This document shows, piece by piece, positions 18,845 through 28,878 of a stretch of 64,000 nucleotides of DNA (positions are counted from its first letter, which is position 1; each line of letters starts with the position of its first letter). This DNA comes from Promethearchaeota archaeon. GTDB taxonomy: Archaea; Asgardarchaeota; Lokiarchaeia; Sigyniarchaeales; SOKP01. The stretch spans positions 32,001 to 96,000 of the forward strand of contig JAEOTP010000007.1 of the NCBI GenBank assembly GCA_016839765.1, read 5' to 3'. The translations under genes were made by a program, and so were the position numbers. Below the pieces are notes generated by a model that had not been told where the DNA came from, searched no databases, and was given only the letters and a program-made list of their open reading frames with translations.

Positions 18845-19774
18845 TTACTTTTGGGAACAATCAATTCCTTCTTGAAGATTTATTTTCATAAATGCCTCCT
18901 CTTGTTGATTTCTTTGCTCTGATTTGACAGATCTATTGACTTGAGCCAGATATCTGATTGCATTTACTTTCCCTTCCTTTATGTTTTGTATTAATTCTTC
19001 TTTATTTAAACCACCAGAAATTACTAAAGCCGTTTGAAAACTATGATCGGGTTCCAATGTCATAAACTCAATTTGTAGGGAAGATAATATTTCTCCCATG
19101 CCCTCGTATAAAGTATTTGATAGATTTAATTTATCATTATCTATTTTAAAGTCTTTTGTTAAGCTCGATTCATAATGAGTTGATTTTGAGATTGGGGAAA
19201 AGCCAGCATATAATCCAGTATCATCGTATTGATAAATTATATCGTTCTCCTCATCATAACCCGAATAATCGTTATCAAAACCCTTTAATCCATTTACATC
19301 GAAATCAAATACGAAGTACATTGAGAAATCGATTAAATTATAGTCAGATATGTTTTTTATAGTAAAAAAGGTATTTATATAAGGAACTTTAGGAGGATTG
19401 AATATATCTACATACAATCTTATTAATGAATTTTCTTTTCTAAATTTAAGCGGAGGAATTATATTTCCTTTGACTAATTTTTTTAAGTATTCTTTTATAT
19501 CAAAATCAAGTGTAATTCGGTCTATAGTTGTGCCTGTTCTGGTATTAACCATTTTATATATTGGAGTAGGTTCAATATTTTTTAATATTACTGGAATCAT
19601 GCCAATACGCTCTCCCTTTAAGACAAATGAAAACCATGGACCCGCAAATTCCTGTTCAGTAAGGAAAAGTAAGGGTTTTTCTTTATACGTCAACTCCTTA
19701 ATTGAGAATCCCATCAAATAACCTGATTGATTTCATGTAGCCAAAACTTCATTGAAGGATACTTTTAAAACTAT
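18845..19774 (-). CDS. Uncharacterised protein, candidate selenoprotein (UGA at 19735-19733). Minimal ORF is 18845..19717.
   Basis: A 290-aa ORF extends in frame through one TGA to an ATA lying 10 nt after AGGAGG: VLKVSFNEVLAT(U)NQSGYLMGF. SECIS-like hairpin follows the stop. Confidence 0.6.
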
Positions 19775-19889
19775 TTTTCAATAACCTCCTTTGAATTGTA
19801 ATTAAAAAAAATCCATTATAATTATTTCATTATAATTATTTTATTATAATTATTAATTAAACAAATTAAAAAAGATATTTTAAAAGTAA

Positions 19890-20864
19890 TTACACTTTTT
19901 CTATAAATCTATAGGCGATATAAAGGAATGCTTCGTTGACATTTTCGCCCGTTTTAGCACTTGTCACTATGAAATGAAGGTCTAACTGTTTCGCAATAAC
20001 TTTAATCTGTTCTTCAGTAATGACAATATTTTTATTTAAATCTGATTTATTACCTACGATAACAATTGGGATATTACGTGGAACAGATTCTTTAATATCT
20101 TTAAACCAAGTTTTAATACTATCTAGATGATCTCGCGTTCTATCAACCACAATAAATGCAGCATTGGCACCATCATAGAATCTTTGCCTATAAGGTCTAA
20201 TTTGTCCAATCTGTCCACCTATATCCCATAAAACAAAATTCAGTTTTGTATTTTCGTCCATGATAATTGATTTTTTCGATATTTCAACGCCAATCGTGGA
20301 AATATAATCCTCCTTAAAATTATTTTCAACAAATCTTCGAATTAAAGAAGTTTTACCCACTTTAAAATCTCCAGTTACTATTAATTTAGCTGTAAATTGT
20401 CCTTTTGGTAACTTTCCTTCTCTTCTTTTAGATAATACTCTTATTATTTCTGGAATTTTAATTGAGACATTCTCATTTCCTTCTAATAACATCTCAATTT
20501 TGCCTGCAATATGTTCAGAATAAACTTTTAACTCAACATCCGAAGTTGATGGATCCGCAATTGTAGTTAGAATGGAGTGATGTCCCATTGAACAATATGC
20601 GAATTTTCTGTTTTGTAATGAGGTTATGTTGAAAAAATTACTTTGAGTCTGATACTCACTTTTTATTCTATCGATATATATATCTAAAAATGCTGAAATT
20701 GCACCTATAATAGAATCTGAATCTTTATCTTCCTTAACTTTACTCTCCGAAGCTATAATAAAACCATCTCTGTCGCATAACGCAACAGCTGCTGCACCAT
20801 CAACTTCATACATATAATTTTTCAATAGTGTAGTAATGAGATTAATATTAGGAAGACTTTCCAT
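19890..20864 (-). CDS. Roadblock/LC7-like domain fused to a Rab-like small GTPase
   Basis: N-terminal AVALCDRDGFIIAS. G1 GDFKVGKTS, G2 YISTIGVE, G3 WDIGGQ, G4 NKSD, G5 TSAK. Confidence 0.88.
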   Translation of the reverse strand: MESLPNINLITTLLKNYMYEVDGAAAVALCDRDGFIIASESKVKEDKDSDSIIGAISAFLDIYIDRIKSEYQTQSNFFNITSLQNRKFAYCSMGHHSILTTIADPSTSDVELKVYSEHIAGKIEMLLEGNENVSIKIPEIIRVLSKRREGKLPKGQFTAKLIVTGDFKVGKTSLIRRFVENNFKEDYISTIGVEISKKSIIMDENTKLNFVLWDIGGQIGQIRPYRQRFYDGANAAFIVVDRTRDHLDSIKTWFKDIKESVPRNIPIVIVGNKSDLNKNIVITEEQIKVIAKQLDLHFIVTSAKTGENVNEAFLYIAYRFIEKV

Positions 20865-21018
20865 TAAACTTCACTCTTTAAGTGTATCTCTTACGATTAA
20901 TATAATTTTCATTAATATAAATATAGGTATTAGAAACATATTAAATTCTTGTTTTAGAATAATCTGATTATCTCCATAATATATTATTTTTTATCTCTTT
21001 ATTATATACTAACATTTC

Positions 21019-21171
21019 ATGACTAAAGATGATTTATTAAAACATGAAGAGAATATCGCAAAAGTTCTAGACCATATCGTATCATTATGTAAGCAAACAG
21101 GGTTAACAGATCTAGCTAAAAAAGGTGAACAGGTATTAAAGTATTATTCTAAGTCTAAAAATTTAAGATAG
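21019..21171 (+). CDS. Small helical protein (50 aa), paralog of 21259..21432
   Basis: MTKDDLLKHEENIAKVLDHIVSLCKQTGLTDLAKKGEQVLKYYSKSKNLR aligns without gaps to the neighbouring ORF. Confidence 0.7.
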   Translation: MTKDDLLKHEENIAKVLDHIVSLCKQTGLTDLAKKGEQVLKYYSKSKNLR

Positions 21172-21258
21172 CCAATTTGATTAGTCCTTTATTTGTATCC
21201 CATTAGTTACATCACCATATTATACTCTTTTTTAATGAACTTACAGTTCTTTTAATTT

Positions 21259-21432
21259 ATGATGGAAACTATTAAGTTTAATAATGATCTATCAAAAGAA
21301 GCAAAAATTATACAAATTTTTGATCGCGCTGTCACATTATTTAAAAAGACAGGTTTGAATGAATTAGCAGAGAAATGGAATAAGATCTTAAAAACATATA
21401 CTAATCGAGAGAATTTGAGCAAATTGTCTTAA
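21259..21432 (+). CDS. Small helical protein (57 aa), paralog of 21019..21171
   Basis: MMETIKFNNDLSKEAKIIQIFDRAVTLFKKTGLNELAEKWNKILKTYTNRENLSKLS. Confidence 0.7.
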   Translation: MMETIKFNNDLSKEAKIIQIFDRAVTLFKKTGLNELAEKWNKILKTYTNRENLSKLS

Positions 21433-21465
21433 AAAATTCTTAATTTTTTCCATTTAAAAATGATT

Positions 21466-23382
21466 TCATAAATTTTTTAAGAAATTTGAAATATATTGTC
21501 TATTTTTATATGAAATCTGATATATATTAAAAACTAAAGAATCAATATCATTTTGTAATTTGTCAATCTCTTTCTTGCTTAAATCATTAAGTGATATAAT
21601 TTTTCTAACCTTTTCTTGAATATTTTTAGAAATTAGTAGTTCATTGGGTGTTTGAGGGAACTTAATAGGTAAATTTTTAACTTTTTCAATAAGAATCCTT
21701 GGAAACAATTTCTTATAAGAGCCAAAAATCTTGATAAAATAATACGATAATAATTGAGAATTTAATAAACCTAATAAATAAAAATGATTAAATTCAGGTA
21801 TAGGAGTCTTGATAATTTTTATATTGTAAAAGGACTGAGAAGTCAAAGATTCCTTATCATAAGTAGCACATATTAAATTATTTTGACTTAGCTGTCGTAG
21901 AACAATTCTATCTTTATAATCCTCTATATTTTTGTAATTGATTCCCCTTTTTTTGATATTAATATATTTGTATCGTTTTACATGGTATCTATTCATTGAA
22001 AATAGGAAGGGTCTGTAATTTTCCTCTAATCCTTTAGGAATTTTATTATTAATAATTTTCTCTACGATATGTAAATCCAAAAGAGAATTACAATCTTTAC
22101 ATATAGCATTATTTTTGGGAAGGGGAAGGTATCTCTTACATTTTTTGCAATAAACTATTGCTCCCTCTTTTCCTAATTCTACACCCCTAAAAATGATAAT
22201 TTTATACTCTGGATTTTTCATGATATTTTTAATTTTTGGGAAATTAGAATTAAGATATTCAACAATTTTGATATCAATATCATTAATACTTACTAAAAAC
22301 TTATACTCCCACTCTTTAAGAGTGGATTGTTTGATAGAAATATTTAATCCACTGTTAATTAATGGATTATATATCGATATTAAATTTCTAAGTCTCTCTT
22401 CTTCTTCTCTTTCTTTTTGTAATATTATTATAACATTTGAAACAATCGGGTCCTCAAAACTAGGACCAATATAGTATAATTCTCTGATTTTAGTTTTATT
22501 AAATATAAATTTTCTAATCAATTTTCGATTTGACAGGGCTAAGAGAGAATCTGGAAGGATATAACCTAAGAAACCATTTTCCTTTAAAACGCTAATACCC
22601 AATTCAATAAAAATTTGATAATAATCATATTGACCTTTAATAGTTTTAAAATCCCCTTGTTCTATTAAGAGTTTATCATCCGAACTGATATCCCTTAAAA
22701 ATAAATAGGGAGGATTTCCCACCACGAAATCAAAGGAATCAAAATTAGGATACTCAAGTACATTTACATTAATAATTTTTACATCTGGAAGTTCAAAACT
22801 ATTATCAATTTTAAGACTAATCTTAATTAGTTCATAAAACGAATAGTAGAGATTTATACAACATAAAATACAGGCAATAGGATTTATATCAAAACCGAAT
22901 ACATTTTCTTGAATTTCCCTAATGATAATTTTAGCCTGATCAATAGAAAGATCAGATAAACTTCCTAAATCAAATTTCTTTACATATAAATTTATTATAA
23001 TTTTTACAATTTGAATAAGAAAACTTCCGCAACCACAACTAAAATCAACTATTTTTTTGCCTTCTATTTTATTATCCATATTATAACCGATAGCATTTAG
23101 GATATATTTTACGACATGAGTTGGTGTGTAAAATTCACCTAATCTTTTCTTTTGTGTATTAGAAATCTTGCTTTCATATATATTTCCAATGATATCTATA
23201 CCCTTCACTTCTTTCTGGTTATTATAATAGCCAAAATCCTTATTAGTTCCTAGATTGACAAATATTTCAATTATTGCATCAATAAATTCACTTTCTTCGG
23301 AATTATGTTGGCCTAATTTATAAAACTTTTTTAAACGCTGGATTATCCCTTTATTTGTAAGAAAATCTATAAATTCTCTCAT
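21466..23382 (-). CDS. N6-adenine DNA methyltransferase (gamma class, Eco57I/TaqI-like) with Zn-ribbon insert
   Basis: GEFYTP, DFSCGCGSFL, VVGNPPY and LGLLNSQL motifs; CKKC...CKDC insert. Confidence 0.88.
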   Translation of the reverse strand: MREFIDFLTNKGIIQRLKKFYKLGQHNSEESEFIDAIIEIFVNLGTNKDFGYYNNQKEVKGIDIIGNIYESKISNTQKKRLGEFYTPTHVVKYILNAIGYNMDNKIEGKKIVDFSCGCGSFLIQIVKIIINLYVKKFDLGSLSDLSIDQAKIIIREIQENVFGFDINPIACILCCINLYYSFYELIKISLKIDNSFELPDVKIINVNVLEYPNFDSFDFVVGNPPYLFLRDISSDDKLLIEQGDFKTIKGQYDYYQIFIELGISVLKENGFLGYILPDSLLALSNRKLIRKFIFNKTKIRELYYIGPSFEDPIVSNVIIILQKEREEEERLRNLISIYNPLINSGLNISIKQSTLKEWEYKFLVSINDIDIKIVEYLNSNFPKIKNIMKNPEYKIIIFRGVELGKEGAIVYCKKCKRYLPLPKNNAICKDCNSLLDLHIVEKIINNKIPKGLEENYRPFLFSMNRYHVKRYKYINIKKRGINYKNIEDYKDRIVLRQLSQNNLICATYDKESLTSQSFYNIKIIKTPIPEFNHFYLLGLLNSQLLSYYFIKIFGSYKKLFPRILIEKVKNLPIKFPQTPNELLISKNIQEKVRKIISLNDLSKKEIDKLQNDIDSLVFNIYQISYKNRQYISNFLKNL

Positions 23383-23479
23383 AATATATTTTTTTTACTT
23401 ATAAATCAACAAGTTATAATATAATAGATTCAAAAATTAAGAAAAAATTTTTTTATTAAATAGAGAGTAATCCACAATT

Positions 23480-23986
23480 ATGGAAATAATTAATGGAAAT
23501 CTAAAAAGTTTTAAAGAAAGAAGATTTCCAGAAAAAATTTGCTTTAAACCTATTGGAGTTATTCATTCTCCATTTAAAAGTCTAAAAGGGATACCAATCC
23601 AACCAACTATGTCAAAGACTTCAGGTATGATTGAAATTTTTGCAGAATATCAAGATGGTTTAAAAGATTTAGAAGGCTTTTCATATATTTATTGTTTATA
23701 TGTTTTTGATATGGTAAAATTACCAGTTCCATTATTATCTAAACCCTTTTTGCAAAATGAATTGAAGGGAGTGTTTTCTATTCGAACTCCCTTCCGCCCC
23801 AACCCGATTGGGTTATCCTTGTTAGAAATTTCAGAGATTAACAAAAATGTAATTAAAGTGAATAACATTGATGTTCTAGATAAGACTCCTGTATTGGATA
23901 TAAAACCTTATGTCCCTCAATTTGATTTCAGAGAAACAGATAAGATAGGTTGGTTAAAAAATAAGATTAGAGATAAAATAAGTTAG
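23480..23986 (+). CDS. tsaA: tRNA (N6-threonylcarbamoyl-A37) methyltransferase TrmO/TsaA family
   Basis: PIGVIHSPF, GVFSIRTPFRPNPIG and TPVLDIKPY motifs. Confidence 0.9.
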   Translation: MEIINGNLKSFKERRFPEKICFKPIGVIHSPFKSLKGIPIQPTMSKTSGMIEIFAEYQDGLKDLEGFSYIYCLYVFDMVKLPVPLLSKPFLQNELKGVFSIRTPFRPNPIGLSLLEISEINKNVIKVNNIDVLDKTPVLDIKPYVPQFDFRETDKIGWLKNKIRDKIS

Positions 23987-24108
23987 TTTGAAGTAAAGTA
24001 TAAGGTTTTTATATAAAATACCATTAAACTAAAATTTATATAATTTTGAAATATATAATTTGTTGATTGATATTCATTTAATCGCTATTTAAGGATCCAA
24101 AATTATCC

Positions 24109-25209
24109 ATGATTGGAATTGTCTATATTAGCGTTTTCATGCTATTATTACTTGTTGGTATTATTCATGGCATTTATGCTAGAGAAAATTACGAAGTAGA
24201 AACTGGATTTGCAGTAATCATTTTTATGTATTTCATTGGTCAAGCCTTATATTTCGTTTCATTCAATTTATCCGTAGAAAATTATTTTAAAATAGAGATC
24301 TCGCAAATATTATGGAAAATATCAATCTTTATTAGAATCTTTTCAATAGGGTTAATGTCTTCTATTCATAGCGTGGAATTACATAAACATAGTAAAATAA
24401 GATTTTTAGCAATTATTATTTATCTTTTCTTGGAAGGGATAATTATTAGTTTGCTTATTTTTCCAAATTCGTTTCTGACACTACAACAAGATAATAATTA
24501 TCTATATTTCTTTCAAGATGTTACACTATTAGTATTTATATTTGTATTCAATTTAGCTATAATTATTTTTTTAGGCATATCACAAATAATGGGTTATAAG
24601 AACTTTAATGATAAAAATTTAGCAAAATTTTTCTCAAGTTATATTTGCCTTCTCTCATTGAATATTATTGTCTATTCAATCTTTCTTATAACTCAGAATA
24701 TTATTTCCAGGACTTTACATGTAATCTTATATATTATCAATAGTGGTTTTGTATTATATGTTATAATAGAAAAACCTGCTCTATTTTTAGTATTCACAAA
24801 TAAGATTTTTGATTTTATAATCTTTCATAAGTCTGGAATTTTACTTTATTCATATGATTTCCAAGCTAGTAGGGAAGTCGATGAATCTCTCTTGAAAGGG
24901 AGTATTTTAATAGGGATAAATCACATTCTTGCAAATTTTACTGGAGTTGAGAATCAATTAGATCACATAAAAATGAGTGATAAGGGGGTTGTATTTAATT
25001 TTCAAAATGATCTGGGCTATGCTGTATTATTAATTGCAAAACACAAAAACAAGATTCTGGAAAAGGCAGTACAAAAATTTATTAAAAAATTTTCAGATCA
25101 AAATAAAGAGAAATTACTCAATTTAAGTGGATTAATTGATGTTTCGGTATTTAAAGACGCTGGGAAATTGATAAAGGAATGTTTTAGTAAATATTATATT
25201 AAAGTTTAA
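24109..25209 (+). CDS. 7-TM membrane protein with C-terminal longin-like domain
   Basis: Seven hydrophobic segments, then IFHKSGILLYSYDF and a beta-beta-alpha-beta-beta-beta-alpha-alpha pattern. Confidence 0.7.
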   Translation: MIGIVYISVFMLLLLVGIIHGIYARENYEVETGFAVIIFMYFIGQALYFVSFNLSVENYFKIEISQILWKISIFIRIFSIGLMSSIHSVELHKHSKIRFLAIIIYLFLEGIIISLLIFPNSFLTLQQDNNYLYFFQDVTLLVFIFVFNLAIIIFLGISQIMGYKNFNDKNLAKFFSSYICLLSLNIIVYSIFLITQNIISRTLHVILYIINSGFVLYVIIEKPALFLVFTNKIFDFIIFHKSGILLYSYDFQASREVDESLLKGSILIGINHILANFTGVENQLDHIKMSDKGVVFNFQNDLGYAVLLIAKHKNKILEKAVQKFIKKFSDQNKEKLLNLSGLIDVSVFKDAGKLIKECFSKYYIKV

Positions 25210-25374
25210 TCATTACAACCACACACACGACATATTCTCTTTAATAATATTAACCAAATGCATATATATGAATAAATCTTCTATCTTAAAAGACTTGTAA
25301 AAAAAATAAAATGTAAGAAATCTTAATAATACCTTAAATTGTAAAACAAAATTATAAACACTATAATTAGAATA

Positions 25375-26523
25375 ATGAATAATTTTGTAAGTATTTCATT
25401 AATATTAGGATATTTTCTAATTTTGTGCCTAACTTTTATTACTGTAATCTATGTAATTAAAAATCGAAAGCAATATGGTACAGATCTTATTGCTTATTTA
25501 AATATTGCAGCTGTTTTTAACTCTGGATTTATTTTTTCCACTTGCTACTTATTTTCAGTTGTTTTCTTTATTTCAAATACAACTAATCGAATATTATGGA
25601 AAATTTCAGTTATCTCATGGTTTCTCTCATTAATAATTACATCCTTTCTCTATTCATTCTTTAAAGAGTATAGAAAGATTCAAATAATTCCAATGTTAAT
25701 GATTTCGATGCTTCTCGGTCTTCTTATTGGGACTTTATTTTTACCCAATTCTATATTGATCTCTATTAGTTTTCCTCCATCTCTTCCTTTTTCTATGATA
25801 GATGTTTCTACAATTAATTATAATTTTAATTTTTTGACGGGAACAATTATTATTATCTTTCTAATATCCATTACAATTTATCTTGTATATATTTCAATTT
25901 ACATAAACCTAAAGTCAGAAAATCGTAAAGAGAGTTTACCCCTTTTTTTAAATACAAGCATTTTTACAGCCCCTATAATTTTTTATATACTTTATTTAAT
26001 CTTTCAAGTTCAATTTTATAGAGAACTTTTTGTCATTCTAATCTGGATTACAAATTTTGGATTAGATGTAATGATAATTTTAAAACCTGAAATGTTTTTC
26101 ATTTTACCAAATAAAGTTTATTCAATAAACATTTACCACAAGTCTGGAGTTCTTCTATATTCCTATAATTTTGATAAAAAGGCAAGTATTTTGAATAATT
26201 TAAAGGTATGGGGTAATATTATAATTGGATTAAATTATATTCTAAGTGAATTCGTAGATAAGTCCGATAAAATAGATGTGATTCAAATAAGAGAAGCTGA
26301 TATAGTTGTTGATTATGATAATGAATATGGATTTGCTGTAGTTGTAATTACATCAAAAAAAAATGCAATTTTAGAAAGATTAATTCAAAAATTTTCACAA
26401 GAGTTTAGATCTTTCTATAGAAATGAGTTAAATGAAATTCAAGATTTAAATCGATTAATTAATGTATCAGAATTTAAAAATGCACAACAGATTATTGAAA
26501 AAAACTTCGAATTATATCTATAA
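25375..26523 (+). CDS. 7-TM membrane protein with C-terminal longin-like domain (paralog of the upstream gene)
   Basis: Shares ILWKIS, HKSGxLLYSYxF, IGxNxIL and LIxVSxFKxA with 24109..25209. Confidence 0.7.
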   Translation: MNNFVSISLILGYFLILCLTFITVIYVIKNRKQYGTDLIAYLNIAAVFNSGFIFSTCYLFSVVFFISNTTNRILWKISVISWFLSLIITSFLYSFFKEYRKIQIIPMLMISMLLGLLIGTLFLPNSILISISFPPSLPFSMIDVSTINYNFNFLTGTIIIIFLISITIYLVYISIYINLKSENRKESLPLFLNTSIFTAPIIFYILYLIFQVQFYRELFVILIWITNFGLDVMIILKPEMFFILPNKVYSINIYHKSGVLLYSYNFDKKASILNNLKVWGNIIIGLNYILSEFVDKSDKIDVIQIREADIVVDYDNEYGFAVVVITSKKNAILERLIQKFSQEFRSFYRNELNEIQDLNRLINVSEFKNAQQIIEKNFELYL

Positions 26524-26638
26524 ATTTCAAAATTACTAAATCATAAATATCTAAACATTTTTTAATGCTTATTGATATAAAATTCATAAAACCCCATGTT
26601 ATAGGTATATTATAAAATAATTTACATTATATATCAAA

Positions 26639-26851
26639 ATGGAACAAACTGAAATTCAAGATGAAGAATGGGCTCAGGATTGGAATATTATTGTGAGAAT
26701 CTATGACACAATTGATCAATTAAGAACATTATTTTCAGAATTAGATGTGCCATACTTGAGAGAAATTCAACAAAAACTTCTTATTCTCAATCTTGAAAAA
26801 TATGCATGGTCTCTTCAAAATTATATAATTGAGAAGTATTCAAAGGAATAG
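26639..26851 (+). CDS. Hypothetical protein (70 aa)
   Basis: ATG ORF with helical protein-like composition in an intergenic gap. Confidence 0.7.
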   Translation: MEQTEIQDEEWAQDWNIIVRIYDTIDQLRTLFSELDVPYLREIQQKLLILNLEKYAWSLQNYIIEKYSKE

Positions 26852-27001
26852 TATTATATAAGTTTAAACATACAAATGAAGAACTATTCCAGATAATTTT
26901 GAAGTCAGTAAATGATCAACTATTTATTTTAGTTAATAGAAAATAAAATATATATTTCTATTATAAAAGAAAATTTTATCAAATTTTATTAGGGAAATAA
27001 T

Positions 27002-28387
27002 ATGAGTGAAGAAATAAGTGAGCAAAAGTCCAGGTTTAGTAAGGGACAAAAATGGAGTTTTGGAATGGGGAGTTTTGCTCAGTGGTTTTATAATACGGCA
27101 TTTAATACATGGGTATTTGCATTCTATTTCACAGCAGTTAAACTAGATACTATTTATATACTACTAGCTTTCATTATATGGACAGTCTGGAATGCTATTA
27201 ATGATCCCTTATTAGGTTACATCTCTGATAGGACAAAAACTCGGTGGGGGCGTAGAAAGCCATATATAATCTTAGGATCTATTCCCATTTTAATAATTGA
27301 AATTATAATATGGATACCTCCATTAGGCAATGAATTAATAACGTTTGTATATCTTCTTATCATGCTCTTTTTGTATGATACATTTTATACAATGATTACT
27401 TTTTTTGATGCCCTTTTCCCAGAACTCTATACATCCGTTGAAGAAAGAGCAGAGGTTAATACTATTAAACAGATTTTATCCACTATTGGTTTAATAATGG
27501 CGTTCCTTATCCCTGGAATAGTAATAGGAGACACATCTGTTATGACTGGCTATTTCTTTACAGGGGTTATAACTTCGGTTATAGTAGGAATTGCATTAGT
27601 AATCGCTATTAAGTGGGGTGTAGTTGAAAAAGAAGAATTTAGAATGGATCATAAACATGAATTTTCATTTTTTAAAGGACTAAAATATACTTTCAAAAAC
27701 AAGGGATTTGTACTCTATACTATTATGTTCTTTTTATTTGAGTTCATTCTAATGTTATATAGTTATGTAATACCACTTTGGAGTCGACATATTTTATTAG
27801 AGGAAAACACATTTTCAATTGCGATCCTGCTAGGAATCATATTTCTTGTAGGGATAATTTCTGTAGTTCTATGGAAAAAGTTAGATGTCAAAATTGGTAG
27901 TAGAACTTCTTTTGCAATAGCTCTAGTTATATTTGCTATTGCAATCACTCCAATTCTATTTATCACAGATTATTTAATTGCTGTCATTGTTTTATCCCTA
28001 GCTGGTATTGGTTTTGGAGGGATGCTATATTTTATTTATCTAATTGTTGCCGATACTATTGACGAAGATGAATTAAAAACTGGTGTTCGGAGAGAGGGAA
28101 CATTCTTCGGTATCACTAACTTTTTTATGCGGCTTTCAGTAGTTTTATCAATTGTATCTGTCTCATCTATTTTTCTTTCAACAGGTTGGGAAGAATGGAC
28201 CGAAAATCCAGCAATTGACACCCTTTTTGGTATTCAACTTCTTATGGTCCTATTTCCTGCTATAGCAATAGGCATATCACTCTTATGTCTCTATTTCTAC
28301 CCTTTTACCAAAGCAAAAGTAGATGAAATGAAGGAGAAATTAGCAATTATTCATAAAGAAAAGAAAGAAAAAGTAAAATCGTTATAA
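27002..28387 (+). CDS. MFS glycoside-pentoside-hexuronide (GPH) family transporter
   Basis: WNAINDPLLGYISDRTKTRWGRRKPY and DEDELKTGVRREG motifs. Confidence 0.9.
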   Translation: MSEEISEQKSRFSKGQKWSFGMGSFAQWFYNTAFNTWVFAFYFTAVKLDTIYILLAFIIWTVWNAINDPLLGYISDRTKTRWGRRKPYIILGSIPILIIEIIIWIPPLGNELITFVYLLIMLFLYDTFYTMITFFDALFPELYTSVEERAEVNTIKQILSTIGLIMAFLIPGIVIGDTSVMTGYFFTGVITSVIVGIALVIAIKWGVVEKEEFRMDHKHEFSFFKGLKYTFKNKGFVLYTIMFFLFEFILMLYSYVIPLWSRHILLEENTFSIAILLGIIFLVGIISVVLWKKLDVKIGSRTSFAIALVIFAIAITPILFITDYLIAVIVLSLAGIGFGGMLYFIYLIVADTIDEDELKTGVRREGTFFGITNFFMRLSVVLSIVSVSSIFLSTGWEEWTENPAIDTLFGIQLLMVLFPAIAIGISLLCLYFYPFTKAKVDEMKEKLAIIHKEKKEKVKSL

Positions 28388-28537
28388 ATAAAATTTCTTT
28401 TATTTTTTTAATTTCGTGATCCTGATCATAAATTAAATTTGACAAAAATATCAAAATTTATTTAAGAATAACTCTCTTATTTTTAATCGAAATCTAACTA
28501 TAATTTAAATAAATTAAATTAGAGGTGTGATTAAGAA

Positions 28538-28840
28538 ATGGCTCATTTTATGGCAACTTTAATGTACCCTACAGAAAGCGCACAGGATATTGGAAAGAAA
28601 TTTACCTCTGGAGCGTTGCCTAAATTACCTGATTTTGTAAAACAATTGTATATTTTCGTGGCAACTGCAGGTGATATAAAAACCTATTCTCTTTACGAAG
28701 TCCCTGATGATAAAAAACATGAAGGATTTAAGGCAATAAATAATAGATATGCTGGATACTTCGGAATTAAAGGTTTTAAATATACTTTAGAACCTTTGCT
28801 AACATCAAGAGAGGCCTTACCTATGATAGGACTGGGTTAG
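28538..28840 (+). CDS. Hypothetical protein (100 aa)
   Basis: GAGGTG RBS, ATG start, followed by a T-rich tract. Confidence 0.75.
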   Translation: MAHFMATLMYPTESAQDIGKKFTSGALPKLPDFVKQLYIFVATAGDIKTYSLYEVPDDKKHEGFKAINNRYAGYFGIKGFKYTLEPLLTSREALPMIGLG

Positions 28841-28878
28841 AAATCTATAAAAATAATTTCAAATCTTTTTTTTTTATT

